Program-made: the position numbers and the translations under genes | Shown here: piece after piece, positions 50,689-59,355 of the stretch | Layout: each line of letters opens with the position of its first letter | Position numbering within the stretch: the first letter of the stretch is position 1 | Notes under the pieces: model-generated | What the model saw: only the letters and a program-made list of their open reading frames with translations | The model's database searches: none | What the model was told of the DNA's origin: nothing | Source of the DNA: Shigella phage Sf14 | Sequence record: MF327003 | Strand: one strand, 5' to 3' | Length of the DNA: 64,000 bases

Positions 50689-53061
50689 ATGCGCATGGTA
50701 AATGACCACGCAACGGTAATTAAAAGCTCAAGTACACTGGAAACCTCTCAGGCTCAGATTAAGATGACACCTGAAATGTTCAGTCTTCTAAGCTCAGGTG
50801 TTTACACATATAAAGAACGTGCTGTAATTCGTGAATTGTCATGTAACGCAGTAGATGCTCACATTGATTCTGGTAACGTTGATAAACCTTTCTTGGTTCA
50901 CTTACCAACTCGTTTCGAGCCATTCTTTGAAGTTCGTGACTTTGGTACAGGGCTGACTCATGATAAAGTTATGAAACTTTACATGACCTATGGAGAATCT
51001 ACAAAGAACGATTCAAACGACTACATTGGTGCTATGGGTATCGGTTCAAAGTCACCTTTTGCGATTGCTCAGTCATTCACTGTATCAAGCTATGTTGATG
51101 GTGTAGTTAACAAATACTCAGTTTACCTTGAGAATGGTATCCCTCAAGTAACTAAGTTGACTACTAACCCAACTACAGAGCCAAATGGTTTAGCTGTTCG
51201 AGTAGCGGTATCCGATAACCGTATCAACAAGTTTCATGAAGAAGCGAGCAATGTATACTCGTACTTTAAAGTTAAGCCAGAGTGTAATGTTGAGTACTAT
51301 GACATTCTTGAAGCAATGACTTCCATTTCTCGTGAAGATGGTGTCTATGATGCAATGAAGTACAAAGAGAACTGGCGCTCAAATAGTAACAGCGTCCATT
51401 TCAATGTAATCATGGGTAACATTGCTTATCCGGTTGAAATGGGTGAGTTGCTTGGCTCAGAGTTTACAAGCATTCTGCCTCAGTTCTTCCGTAGTGCTGT
51501 AGACCTTGTTAACATCTACATGCCAATTGGTTCAGTGGCTATTGCTGCATCTCGTGAAGCATTGCAGATGAATGAAACTACTAAGACCAAGATTGTTGAA
51601 GCTGTGAAGAAAATCACTAAGACAATCGTAGAAGATGTGGTAAAAGAGGTTGCTAATAAGCCAACTCTGATTGATGCTGCTCAAGCCTATGATACCATGA
51701 GGAAGGAGGCTCGTGAAATCTTTATTCACGTCCAAGATTCTCTGGAATGGCAAGGCCAGAACTTGAAAAAGCTTGAACAAAAGCTGCTAGGTATTCGCCG
51801 TGGTCAGTTAACTGAAGCAGATGGTTCTCCGTCATTCTTGAAAGATGATGCAGGTAACTTGAGGCTTGACAAAGATGGTAATCCAGTTCCTAATATTGGT
51901 AATCTGTATGAACCTGTAGCATACTACAAGTACAGCAGTCTGGAGAACCGTATTCGAGCAACTTCAGCAACTTATTCACAAGATGCAGCAATGTTTAGTA
52001 TCTTTGGTGCAATGAGTAAAGATAAGTTGAGCAACTATTTGTTCCTTATCAATGACCGTCGAAACAAGAACGGGTCTGAAAAGACAACTGGTAAAAACCA
52101 GATTATCCGTGGGGCTTGCCGTGACCGTGAACAGGAAGACTCTAACTTCCGTCGCTACAATGGTATTGCTTTCTTGTTCAGCAGTCAGCAGCAATTTGAT
52201 GAGTTTGTAGATTTGCATATGCTTGACAAGAGTCTGTTAAGTGTGCATACAATGTCATCTAAAGAGCACCACTATGAGAAACGTACTATTGTACGTGGTG
52301 TTGTAAAACTGTATAAAGCATTTATATGTCCAAATACCGACATGATTCGCTATACAGAGGTTAAAGAGAACTTTGATGAGATTGAAGAACCACAACTGTA
52401 TATCAAAGCACAGAGTGATGAAGTGATTGGTGGAATCTTCTCATGTTCACCAGAACGTGCTGCAACGTTGATGACAGAGTTAACTGGACAGTCAGTTTAT
52501 GTCTTCCGTAAAGCCAACTGGAAAAAGATTCCTGAAGATTGGACAGAAGTCAATGAACAAGTATTGAAAGATTTTATTGATGCCACACATTGGATTGAGT
52601 ATCATCGTTTCTTGACTCACCAGTATATGACAAATAATCACGATATCACTGATTGTAATGTTATTTCTCGAAACTTTACGTTTGCTGATAAGCGTAAGTC
52701 CAGAGGCCACATTTACAGTAAAGATTTTAAGAAGACTATTTTCTTAGAAGGGAATGAAGAGGCTATAGAAGCAATGTTTGGACGCTTGGCATATACTGCT
52801 GCACCAGTTGCTTACAAAGATATTACCAGCACTCTTGATACCATTCGTAGGAATATGAGAGGTTCTTGTAAGCCAAGAAAGGTTCTGGATAATGCTAAGA
52901 AGCGTCTTGAAAGCAAGTTCAAAGATTACTTTGAGAAACGCCGTAAAGAAAACTTCTTGCTTTCTAATCTGGATTGGAATAAAGTATCACCAGTCGAAGT
53001 TGGTAAGTTTTTAGGTTTTGACACTAAGAGCATTCCAGAAGATACTGTATGCTGGGATTAA
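50689..53061 (+). CDS. rIIA: rIIA-like protein (GHKL/HATPase-type ATPase fold)
   Basis: N-box ELSCNAVDAH, G1 DFGTG, G2 GAMGIGSKSPF; 790 aa; followed by rIIB-sized gene. Confidence 0.55.
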   Translation: MRMVNDHATVIKSSSTLETSQAQIKMTPEMFSLLSSGVYTYKERAVIRELSCNAVDAHIDSGNVDKPFLVHLPTRFEPFFEVRDFGTGLTHDKVMKLYMTYGESTKNDSNDYIGAMGIGSKSPFAIAQSFTVSSYVDGVVNKYSVYLENGIPQVTKLTTNPTTEPNGLAVRVAVSDNRINKFHEEASNVYSYFKVKPECNVEYYDILEAMTSISREDGVYDAMKYKENWRSNSNSVHFNVIMGNIAYPVEMGELLGSEFTSILPQFFRSAVDLVNIYMPIGSVAIAASREALQMNETTKTKIVEAVKKITKTIVEDVVKEVANKPTLIDAAQAYDTMRKEAREIFIHVQDSLEWQGQNLKKLEQKLLGIRRGQLTEADGSPSFLKDDAGNLRLDKDGNPVPNIGNLYEPVAYYKYSSLENRIRATSATYSQDAAMFSIFGAMSKDKLSNYLFLINDRRNKNGSEKTTGKNQIIRGACRDREQEDSNFRRYNGIAFLFSSQQQFDEFVDLHMLDKSLLSVHTMSSKEHHYEKRTIVRGVVKLYKAFICPNTDMIRYTEVKENFDEIEEPQLYIKAQSDEVIGGIFSCSPERAATLMTELTGQSVYVFRKANWKKIPEDWTEVNEQVLKDFIDATHWIEYHRFLTHQYMTNNHDITDCNVISRNFTFADKRKSRGHIYSKDFKKTIFLEGNEEAIEAMFGRLAYTAAPVAYKDITSTLDTIRRNMRGSCKPRKVLDNAKKRLESKFKDYFEKRRKENFLLSNLDWNKVSPVEVGKFLGFDTKSIPEDTVCWD

Positions 53062-53068
53062 AAATAGT

Positions 53069-53097
53069 TTGACAGGGGCTGAAAAGCCCCTTAGAAT
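53069..53097 (+). promoter_or_regulatory. promoter TTGACA-17-TAGAAT with GC hairpin in spacer
   Basis: TTGACA 53069-53074, spacer is GGGGCTGAAAAGCCCCT, TAGAAT 53092-53097. Confidence 0.5.
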
Positions 53098-53140
53098 ACG
53101 AACCACTAAGTAATTTTAAACAACAAAGAGAGATATTGAA

Positions 53141-54262
53141 ATGACTACTAAGACTAAAGCACAAATCGACGCAGAAATCTATGCACTGGTTAAAGAAGGT
53201 AAACTTACCAAAACTGCAATTGCTCTGAAGTATAACACTTCAACCCGTTCGGTAGGTCGTGCTGTAGAGCGTCATGAAGCAACACTGCTGTCAGGGAAAA
53301 CCAAAGCAAAACCTGCAAAGACTCTGAAAGATATTGCAAAGAGTGCTAAGAAAGCTAAAGCGACTAAGAAGGTATCTAAGCAGAAACCTGTTGCAAAAGC
53401 TGTTAAAGAAGCAGTCAAAGCAGAACCTGTAAATGCTCTGCATGAAGCAATGCAGAATAACAGCCAGATTGAGTACATGATTACTGGTGATTCTGTTATC
53501 ATGACTTTCGGTGCAGAGTCTGAGATTGTTGAGTCAACTCATCCTAACTACACTGATATTGTAATGGCTGTTGTTTCAGGTGAGTACAAGAAAGCTTTTG
53601 AACTGATGAACATTCGCAAGTCTATTGAGAACTTCACTCAAGGTGCTGTAACCATCAAAGGTGACAACCTGTATTACGGTGCTGTTCAGATGCGCTCAAC
53701 TCTGGTAGACCGTATTCTGGATATGATGAAGAAAGGTGATAATGGTTTTGTTCGACTGATTGCATTCTTCGAAAAACTGATGGAAAACCCATCAAAAGAT
53801 TCTGTAGAACAACTTTGGGGCTTTGTATCACACCTTGATGTTGAAATTGATGAAGAAGGTTATATCATCGGCTGGAAGAAAGTCACAACTCGTGGTGGTA
53901 AACTGTTTGACTCTCGTACCTGCAAAGTTCCAAATGATTTGGGTAACATTGTAGAGATGCCACGTTGGATGGTTGATAATAACCGTCATGTAACCTGCTC
54001 TCAGGGTCTGCACGTTGGTGCTTGGGATTATGTAACTAGCTTCTCTGGTGACACTATCCTGAAAGTTCGTGTTCATCCTCGTGATGTTGTTTCAGTACCA
54101 ACTGACTACAACGACATGAAAATGCGAGCTTCCCGCTATGAAGTTGCAGCGATTGTAAATAGTCGCCGTGAAGTCATCAAAGAGTGGGATGGTTCAGAAG
54201 CACTCCACGTAGTTGTAGGTACTGCTGGTGAACTGATTTCTCAGCGTAAACGTGAAGTTTAA
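53141..54262 (+). CDS. rIIB: rIIB-like protein
   Basis: 373 aa immediately after rIIA-like gene; Lys/Ala-rich linker; assignment by synteny. Confidence 0.4.
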   Translation: MTTKTKAQIDAEIYALVKEGKLTKTAIALKYNTSTRSVGRAVERHEATLLSGKTKAKPAKTLKDIAKSAKKAKATKKVSKQKPVAKAVKEAVKAEPVNALHEAMQNNSQIEYMITGDSVIMTFGAESEIVESTHPNYTDIVMAVVSGEYKKAFELMNIRKSIENFTQGAVTIKGDNLYYGAVQMRSTLVDRILDMMKKGDNGFVRLIAFFEKLMENPSKDSVEQLWGFVSHLDVEIDEEGYIIGWKKVTTRGGKLFDSRTCKVPNDLGNIVEMPRWMVDNNRHVTCSQGLHVGAWDYVTSFSGDTILKVRVHPRDVVSVPTDYNDMKMRASRYEVAAIVNSRREVIKEWDGSEALHVVVGTAGELISQRKREV

Positions 54263-54278
54263 TAAGTAAATTCCTAAA

Positions 54279-54304
54279 GGGGCTGCTTCGGCAGCCTTTT
54301 TTAT
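54279..54304 (+). terminator. intrinsic terminator
   Basis: GGGGCTGC-TTCG-GCAGCC followed by TTTTTTATTT. Confidence 0.7.
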
Positions 54305-54332
54305 TTGAAAAATGTGCAGGTTAGTGTATAAT
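54305..54332 (+). promoter_or_regulatory. near-consensus sigma70 promoter TTGAAA-16-TATAAT
   Basis: TTGAAA 54305-54310, TATAAT 54327-54332; spacer contains TGTGCAGGT, the same 9-mer that recurs in the 58.9-kb repeat array. Confidence 0.6.
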
Positions 54333-54363
54333 TGTCTGCATGTTTAACAAAATAGGAGTGCAA

Positions 54364-54912
54364 ATGAAGAAATTTGTTTTAGGTTTGTGCTTATTCTTTA
54401 CAGCACATTTAGCTACAGCATCTGACTGTCCAGAGCTTACAATCAGCCAGAAAGTTAATATGTTAAAAGCATATAACTATGGCGAAGGACAGATGGGAAA
54501 AGGTTGGGGAATCCCTTTAGCAGCTATAGCCTTACAAGAGTCACAATTAGGTGTCATGTTAGAAAATAAAAAGACTCATGATTATGGTGTTTTCCAGAAT
54601 CACTTGAAGACTGTTGTAAAGCGTAACAAGGTATCTCCAAAGGTTGCTAAGAAGAAGCTAGTAAGTGACTTCCATTACTCAGCGAAAGAGGCTCATAAGG
54701 AGCTATTATTCTGGACTAAGGTTCATGGTAACCCAGATGGAAAGTACTCTATGAAGCGTGTCCTAGCTTCTTATAATGCTGGTTACAAATACAAGATTCC
54801 AAAGGCTAGACAATACTCTCAAGATGTGTACAATAACATGAAACTGCTGGCTCAATGTGAGTTTGCAACAAACATTAAAAAGGTAAAATATGAGCGAATC
54901 AAAACAATTTGA
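54364..54912 (+). CDS. lytic transglycosylase (SLT domain) with N-terminal signal peptide; endolysin candidate
   Basis: AGGAG RBS; signal peptide MKKFVLGLCLFFTAHLATA; SLT motifs ALQESQLG, GVFQ, SYNAG. Confidence 0.5.
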   Translation: MKKFVLGLCLFFTAHLATASDCPELTISQKVNMLKAYNYGEGQMGKGWGIPLAAIALQESQLGVMLENKKTHDYGVFQNHLKTVVKRNKVSPKVAKKKLVSDFHYSAKEAHKELLFWTKVHGNPDGKYSMKRVLASYNAGYKYKIPKARQYSQDVYNNMKLLAQCEFATNIKKVKYERIKTI

Positions 54913-55585
54913 TATGGTTCTGTGTCATGCTTATGATATTAAGCCACTTGATTTAGATATCAGTTCTGCAAGTTGGTCAGATATTGCTAGAGCTGACTTT
55001 GCAGATACAGCAAGAAATGTTATATGTAGTTTTGAAGACTTTCATTCAACAAAGACACAGATTCCTTGTCAGGATTTGCTAACAGGTAAAACTGTATATG
55101 TTGGTCGTAACAGCCTTATCTTGGTTGCAAAGAACTTGGAAGAAAAACGTAAAATGGTCTTAGCAGACATTGACGGTGTTCTTACAAGCTTTAATAAGGA
55201 GCTTAATGCAACTCTGCTAACTGATGGTACTTACTCACAGTACACTGATTTGGTAGAATCTTGCAGAGCTAAACCAACATATGTTTTTAACATTCTGTGT
55301 GGTATATCAAGAAATGCTGATATAGGATTCTTAACTGCTCGTGGTGAATCACAAAGAGTTGTCACACATCTTTTCCTGAATGAGAATGTAGACAGTGATT
55401 TCCTACTGTTTATGCGTGGATTTGGTGACAATGAGATTAGTGCAGAAAGTTTGAAAGTTCGTATGCTTCAGTCTTGCATTCTACCTTACTATGATGTAGT
55501 ATGCTTTATAGAAGATACAGTGAAGAACGTGGAGAAGGTTGAAAGAATCTTACCACACATCAAAACAATGCTTGTTAAAAACTGA
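54890..55585 (+). CDS. hypothetical protein, possible HAD-like hydrolase
   Basis: LADIDGVLT resembles HAD motif I (DxDGx). Confidence 0.25.
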   Translation: MSESKQFDMVLCHAYDIKPLDLDISSASWSDIARADFADTARNVICSFEDFHSTKTQIPCQDLLTGKTVYVGRNSLILVAKNLEEKRKMVLADIDGVLTSFNKELNATLLTDGTYSQYTDLVESCRAKPTYVFNILCGISRNADIGFLTARGESQRVVTHLFLNENVDSDFLLFMRGFGDNEISAESLKVRMLQSCILPYYDVVCFIEDTVKNVEKVERILPHIKTMLVKN

Positions 55586-55596
55586 GAGAGTAAACC

Positions 55597-56058
55597 ATGC
55601 AAAACATTATTACAGTAGCTATCGATGCTTCCGGTAACAAATCACAGGTAGTTCGTGAGATTATCAAAAGTAATTTCGATGGTAAAATCTTTCGTGCAGT
55701 AAACGTGAAAGCTGATGGTAACATTCGTGAGTATCGTGCAATGTTGAATGTTACAAAACACGTTAAGGGTGTTGGTTCAACTACTGCTCATAAAGAAAAT
55801 CTGATGACTATCTATGATATGGGTATGGCTTCAGAGTTAGGTGCAAAAGGGATTGTGCAATCCGGTGCTCCTTACCGTTCTTTCAATCTGGAAACTGCTC
55901 TTATGCTTTCCTTTACAAGTGGTTCTCAAACTACCACTTACCTCTTCACAGATACTGCAACGGTTTCTGCGATTAAGGACAATACCATTAAGGCTGGCGT
56001 AGCTGCTGCTTCAAAAGCCTCAACAACGGGAGCCTTTTTCATTTCTAGGAGAAGTTAA
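55597..56058 (+). CDS. hypothetical protein
   Basis: 153 aa ORF with GAGAGAG RBS. Confidence 0.3.
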   Translation: MQNIITVAIDASGNKSQVVREIIKSNFDGKIFRAVNVKADGNIREYRAMLNVTKHVKGVGSTTAHKENLMTIYDMGMASELGAKGIVQSGAPYRSFNLETALMLSFTSGSQTTTYLFTDTATVSAIKDNTIKAGVAAASKASTTGAFFISRRS

Positions 56059-56406
56059 ATGACGTTTAAAGAATTTTGTCAAGCAGCTTTTGTAATCATT
56101 TTCTTAACAGGTGTTGGTGCTTGGGGAGGCTACACTTACAAGACCAGCCAAGTTAATGAAAAGGAGCTAACTAACCAGAAACTGGTAAGTGTTGCTAAAG
56201 ATGCTTATCAAGAAGGTTTATCAAATCTTAGCTCCAATTACAAAAATGATTTGAAAGATGTGCTTGCTAAAAACAAACACACCAAAGAGGTATTGAACTA
56301 TGAAAAAACTAAGACAGTCTTTATTAATGATTGTGCTACTGAGCCTTATGTCAGGGTGTTCAACGAGCAAAGTGAGCAGTACCTTCAAAAACTCCCAAGT
56401 AAGTGA
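56059..56406 (+). CDS. i-spanin candidate (Rz-like)
   Basis: N-terminal TM helix (AAFVIIFLTGVGAWGGY) then coiled-coil periplasmic domain; contains embedded lipoprotein ORF. Confidence 0.5.
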   Translation: MTFKEFCQAAFVIIFLTGVGAWGGYTYKTSQVNEKELTNQKLVSVAKDAYQEGLSNLSSNYKNDLKDVLAKNKHTKEVLNYEKTKTVFINDCATEPYVRVFNEQSEQYLQKLPSK

Positions 56407-56566
56407 GAGTGACAAGTATACTCAAGAAGAAGCACGTTATGAGGTTAAAGGCACTAAAGGTGAAGACCTTGCAAGTGCTCTTGAGTTTTATCGTGATGGT
56501 TACTATGAATGTACTATTAAGGCAAACAATTTAATTGATATGATTTTGTTAGGGAATAAGCAGTAA
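56300..56566 (+). CDS. o-spanin candidate (Rz1-like lipoprotein), overlapped with i-spanin gene
   Basis: Starts inside 56059..56406 in another frame; lipoprotein signal MKKLRQSLLMIVLLSLMSGC; AAAGAGG RBS. Confidence 0.5.
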   Translation: MKKLRQSLLMIVLLSLMSGCSTSKVSSTFKNSQVSESDKYTQEEARYEVKGTKGEDLASALEFYRDGYYECTIKANNLIDMILLGNKQ

Positions 56567-56835
56567 TGACAGAGAAGAATGAAACATTTTTTGTGGAAGG
56601 TTATCTTCTGTTACCAAGACCAAGTAACACTTACATGAGATTTGACATTATGCCAACGGTTATGGATGATGTAACTTGTCACATCTTTATGCAGGGTGTT
56701 TCTGCACAACTTAAACATGTTGGAAGAGATTGCAAAATACGTGTTGACAACCATCCTGAAATCAACGAGAATCACTACACATGGTTCGGGGAAGATTCTA
56801 AAGAAATCTATGCAGTCCTTAAAACGAGGAAATAA
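56566..56835 (+). CDS. hypothetical protein
   Basis: 89 aa ORF. Confidence 0.3.
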   Translation: MTEKNETFFVEGYLLLPRPSNTYMRFDIMPTVMDDVTCHIFMQGVSAQLKHVGRDCKIRVDNHPEINENHYTWFGEDSKEIYAVLKTRK

Positions 56836-56838
56836 AGT

Positions 56839-57291
56839 ATGAAAGTTCAACCATATTATACTGAGTTTAAAGATTCTAACGGTGAAATCTGCACATTACA
56901 ATGAAGCTCATCATTTGAGCCTCGTATTTGGCTTGGTGCAAAAGAAGTCTCAGTAAAGTATCTGAGCAATGGTTGGAAAGAACTGGATATACCCGCATTG
57001 ACAGGTAAGGATTTTGTAGGTAATCAACGTATGAACCTGAACCAAGCTCAGGTAAAAGAGCTACTACCTTACCTTCAATACTTCGCAGAACATGGTGAGT
57101 TACCTAACTGTGAAATTTCACCAGAAACACATACTGATAAAAAGCAAGAATTGCTTAAACTGATTGAAGAGTATGGTGATTCTCGTTACAATGAAGCTGG
57201 AGAAAGTTGTGTAGGTTCTGTAGAGGGTTTAACACTCTGGGAAGAAGCCTCAATATCCTTACTCCAACAAATCAAAGAAGTTATCCAGTGA
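56839..57291 (+). other. ORF interrupted by single in-frame TGA (56902-56904): pseudogene, readthrough candidate, or sequence error
   Basis: ATG 56839 with GAGGA RBS; frame open from 56905 to 57291; downstream segment's first start is a TTG without RBS. Confidence 0.35.
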
Positions 57292-57300
57292 GGTTTAGTG

Positions 57301-57627
57301 ATGCAACTAGATGGTAAGAATTATGTAGCCGTCTTTTCAGACGGTGAGAAAGAAATTGGTACAGCACAAGTCTGTCACAGTGGTAAAGAGTTTCTCTATG
57401 GGGTTGTTGCATTCATTGGTACTCGTGGTGATATGAAATCTTTTAAAGATTGTGTTGACAAGCTTGAAGAATCCATAGAGAATCATTGGTGTCTGATATG
57501 GCTTAATGCAGAGAATGTTAAAGAACGCTATGCAAAAGTTGGTATCCATATTGAAAGCATCGAACATGTTGACCTGTTTGAACTAACTGAAAAGGTGATG
57601 TATGAAAGCAATTCTGGTAAGAAGTAA
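57301..57627 (+). CDS. hypothetical protein
   Basis: ATG 57301 with GAGG RBS. Confidence 0.3.
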   Translation: MQLDGKNYVAVFSDGEKEIGTAQVCHSGKEFLYGVVAFIGTRGDMKSFKDCVDKLEESIENHWCLIWLNAENVKERYAKVGIHIESIEHVDLFELTEKVMYESNSGKK

Positions 57628-57862
57628 AGTTACACGTCAAGTGTTAGCAGGGGCTATATTTGTTGGACGGGATGAGGTGATGCCATTTGGTTCACGAATC
57701 TATAAAGGTTCTGTACTATCACATAGCCACTTTAAGGCTGGTGATTTTTGTCACTATATTAACAGGGGCTATCTAAGAGAGGAACTCGGATATTGGAAGA
57801 CCCGCATTAAGGAAAGATACGGTGACAGAGTATTCTTACAAGAGGTAATCTCAAATGGCTGA
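57602..57862 (+). CDS. hypothetical protein
   Basis: 86 aa ORF. Confidence 0.3.
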   Translation: MKAILVRSKVTRQVLAGAIFVGRDEVMPFGSRIYKGSVLSHSHFKAGDFCHYINRGYLREELGYWKTRIKERYGDRVFLQEVISNG

Positions 57863-58055
57863 TTTCTGCACTAAGTGTTCTGTTGAGATGTTTGGAAAAG
57901 ACACAGGGGACTTAAAAGGCCTCTTTACAAAAGCAGAGTTTGAAGCTGGTTCAGCAATGCCAGTAATCTGTGAAGGTTGTGGTGCTTTATGGGTAGACCA
58001 TGAAGGTAACCGAGTTAAACCATCTGAAGATAACGAACGTTGGGAGCATTACTAA
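57855..58055 (+). CDS. small zinc-binding protein
   Basis: CTKC...CEGC cysteine pairs; 66 aa. Confidence 0.3.
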   Translation: MADFCTKCSVEMFGKDTGDLKGLFTKAEFEAGSAMPVICEGCGALWVDHEGNRVKPSEDNERWEHY

Positions 58056-58056
58056 T

Positions 58057-58851
58057 ATGGGTATCGTAAAAATTATTAAAGGTGATATCTTTAAAGACTT
58101 TGATGGTAAGAAATTTGATATCATTGGTCACGGTTGTAACTGCATGAACTTGATGGGTGCAGGTATCGCAGCAACAATTGCCAAACGTTACCCAAAAGCT
58201 TATGAAACTGACGCTGAAGTTTATGCTACAGTAGGTGGTGAAAATCATAACCCTAAGCATCTAATGCTTGGTAACATCTCTGTAGCACGTTTTAAGCAGG
58301 GTCGAATTGCTAACCTTTACACTCAGGTTATCACTGGCAAAGATGCACGATACAACGCCTTAGAAGCAGCTTTACAGCGTCTTAACAACTACTGTAAAGT
58401 TAATCAACTTAAGAAAGTTGGGCTTCCGATGATTGGTGCAGGGATTGGTGGTCTTGATAGCATGGCTGTGCTGTCCATTATCAACCAGACTATGAAGGAT
58501 GTTGACGTTTATATGTATGTCTATGAAGATAAGATGTACAGTCAGTTGACTAGTCCTGTTACTGGTTGGGAGAACTTCAGTGAGCCTCAATACTTTGATG
58601 GTGTTGCTGTGGTAGGCAAGGATAAAGTTACCCTCAAGGTGAAGCGTAATGGCAAGGTACACACCAGTTACCCTCCGGTTGAGAAGTACAATCGAAGTAA
58701 CGCTCAAGTTACCCACCCGTTACAAGGCCACCACCACAGAGCGGTAACGTTTGGCGATGATGCAAGTGTATATATCAATGCGACTACAGAAGAGTTTGCA
58801 GAAGATTATATCACACATGAAAACGTAAACTATGTTGAAGCACGTAACTAA
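58057..58851 (+). CDS. macro domain (ADP-ribose binding/processing) protein
   Basis: IIKGDIF...DIIGHGCNCMNLMGAGIAATI resembles the macro-domain GDIT...NAAN...GGGVAGAI core. Confidence 0.5.
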   Translation: MGIVKIIKGDIFKDFDGKKFDIIGHGCNCMNLMGAGIAATIAKRYPKAYETDAEVYATVGGENHNPKHLMLGNISVARFKQGRIANLYTQVITGKDARYNALEAALQRLNNYCKVNQLKKVGLPMIGAGIGGLDSMAVLSIINQTMKDVDVYMYVYEDKMYSQLTSPVTGWENFSEPQYFDGVAVVGKDKVTLKVKRNGKVHTSYPPVEKYNRSNAQVTHPLQGHHHRAVTFGDDASVYINATTEEFAEDYITHENVNYVEARN

Positions 58852-58875
58852 TAAGTCACCTAGATAGACATAGAC

Positions 58876-58924
58876 AAGCCCTCCAAAGTTTGAGTTTTAA
58901 ATCTCAGGTAAGGAGGGCTTTTTC
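58876..58924 (+). terminator. putative terminator with long loop
   Basis: AAGCCCTCC ... GGAGGGCTT arms followed by TTT. Confidence 0.4.
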
Positions 58925-59104
58925 ATTTCAAATCTGTGCAGGTATAGTTGAGTAGAACTCTGGACAGATTTCTTTAACTGAACTCCAAAGGGAAATTTCA
59001 TTTTCAAAACGTGCAGGTCTAGACTCCAAAGAGCTTTTTCATTTTCAATCTGTGCAGATGCAGTTGGACTCCAAAGGGAAAATTCATTTTCAAATTGTGC
59101 AGGT
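58919..59104. repeat. degenerate tandem repeat array, 4 units of about 41-45 bp
   Basis: Units carry ACTCCAAAG (58982, 59023, 59068; CTCCAAAG also at 58881), TTCATTTTCAA and TGTGCAG(G/A)T; followed by C-rich tract 59121-59156. Confidence 0.7.
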
Positions 59105-59276
59105 AGGTAGCTGTAGGAAACCAGCCCCACCATCCCCTCTTACTCCCCTTCCTCCCAAAAGTCAAGCTAAAAATTTGTAGAGAACTGAAAAATAATTCTT
59201 GACGAGATTTCTGTTTTAGTGTATTCGCATACGTGCGTTCTATTCACGAAACATAAAATATTTTTAAAAAATTTTG

Positions 59277-59305
59277 TTGACTTCATAAATCCAGTCTTAT
59301 AGTAT
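59277..59305 (+). promoter_or_regulatory. early-type promoter TTGACT-17-TAGTAT (type 1 cassette)
   Basis: Followed by conserved leader TCAACGGG-hairpin-CAACAATCCTAAACTGGAGAATCT-A-rich-ATG. Confidence 0.55.
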
Positions 59306-59355
59306 TTGCATCAACGGGAAACATCCCAACAATCCTAAACTGGAGAATCTAAAAA

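Noticed and set aside
56998-57291. Stand-alone 97-aa gene starting at TTG 56998
   Set aside because: No RBS before the TTG; the frame is continuous with the upstream ATG/RBS at 56839 apart from one TGA, so it is treated as part of an interrupted ORF.
58919-59104. Possible CRISPR array
   Set aside because: Units are degenerate and contiguous with no unique spacers between identical repeats; no cas genes; lytic-phage context.
58897-59133. 78-aa minus-strand ORF across the repeat array
   Set aside because: Its internally repetitive translation just mirrors the DNA tandem repeats; no RBS and no coding-like composition; treated as non-coding.
59199-59227. Additional promoter TTGACG-17-TATTCG
   Set aside because: The -10 hexamer is poor (TATTCG); not reported as a feature.
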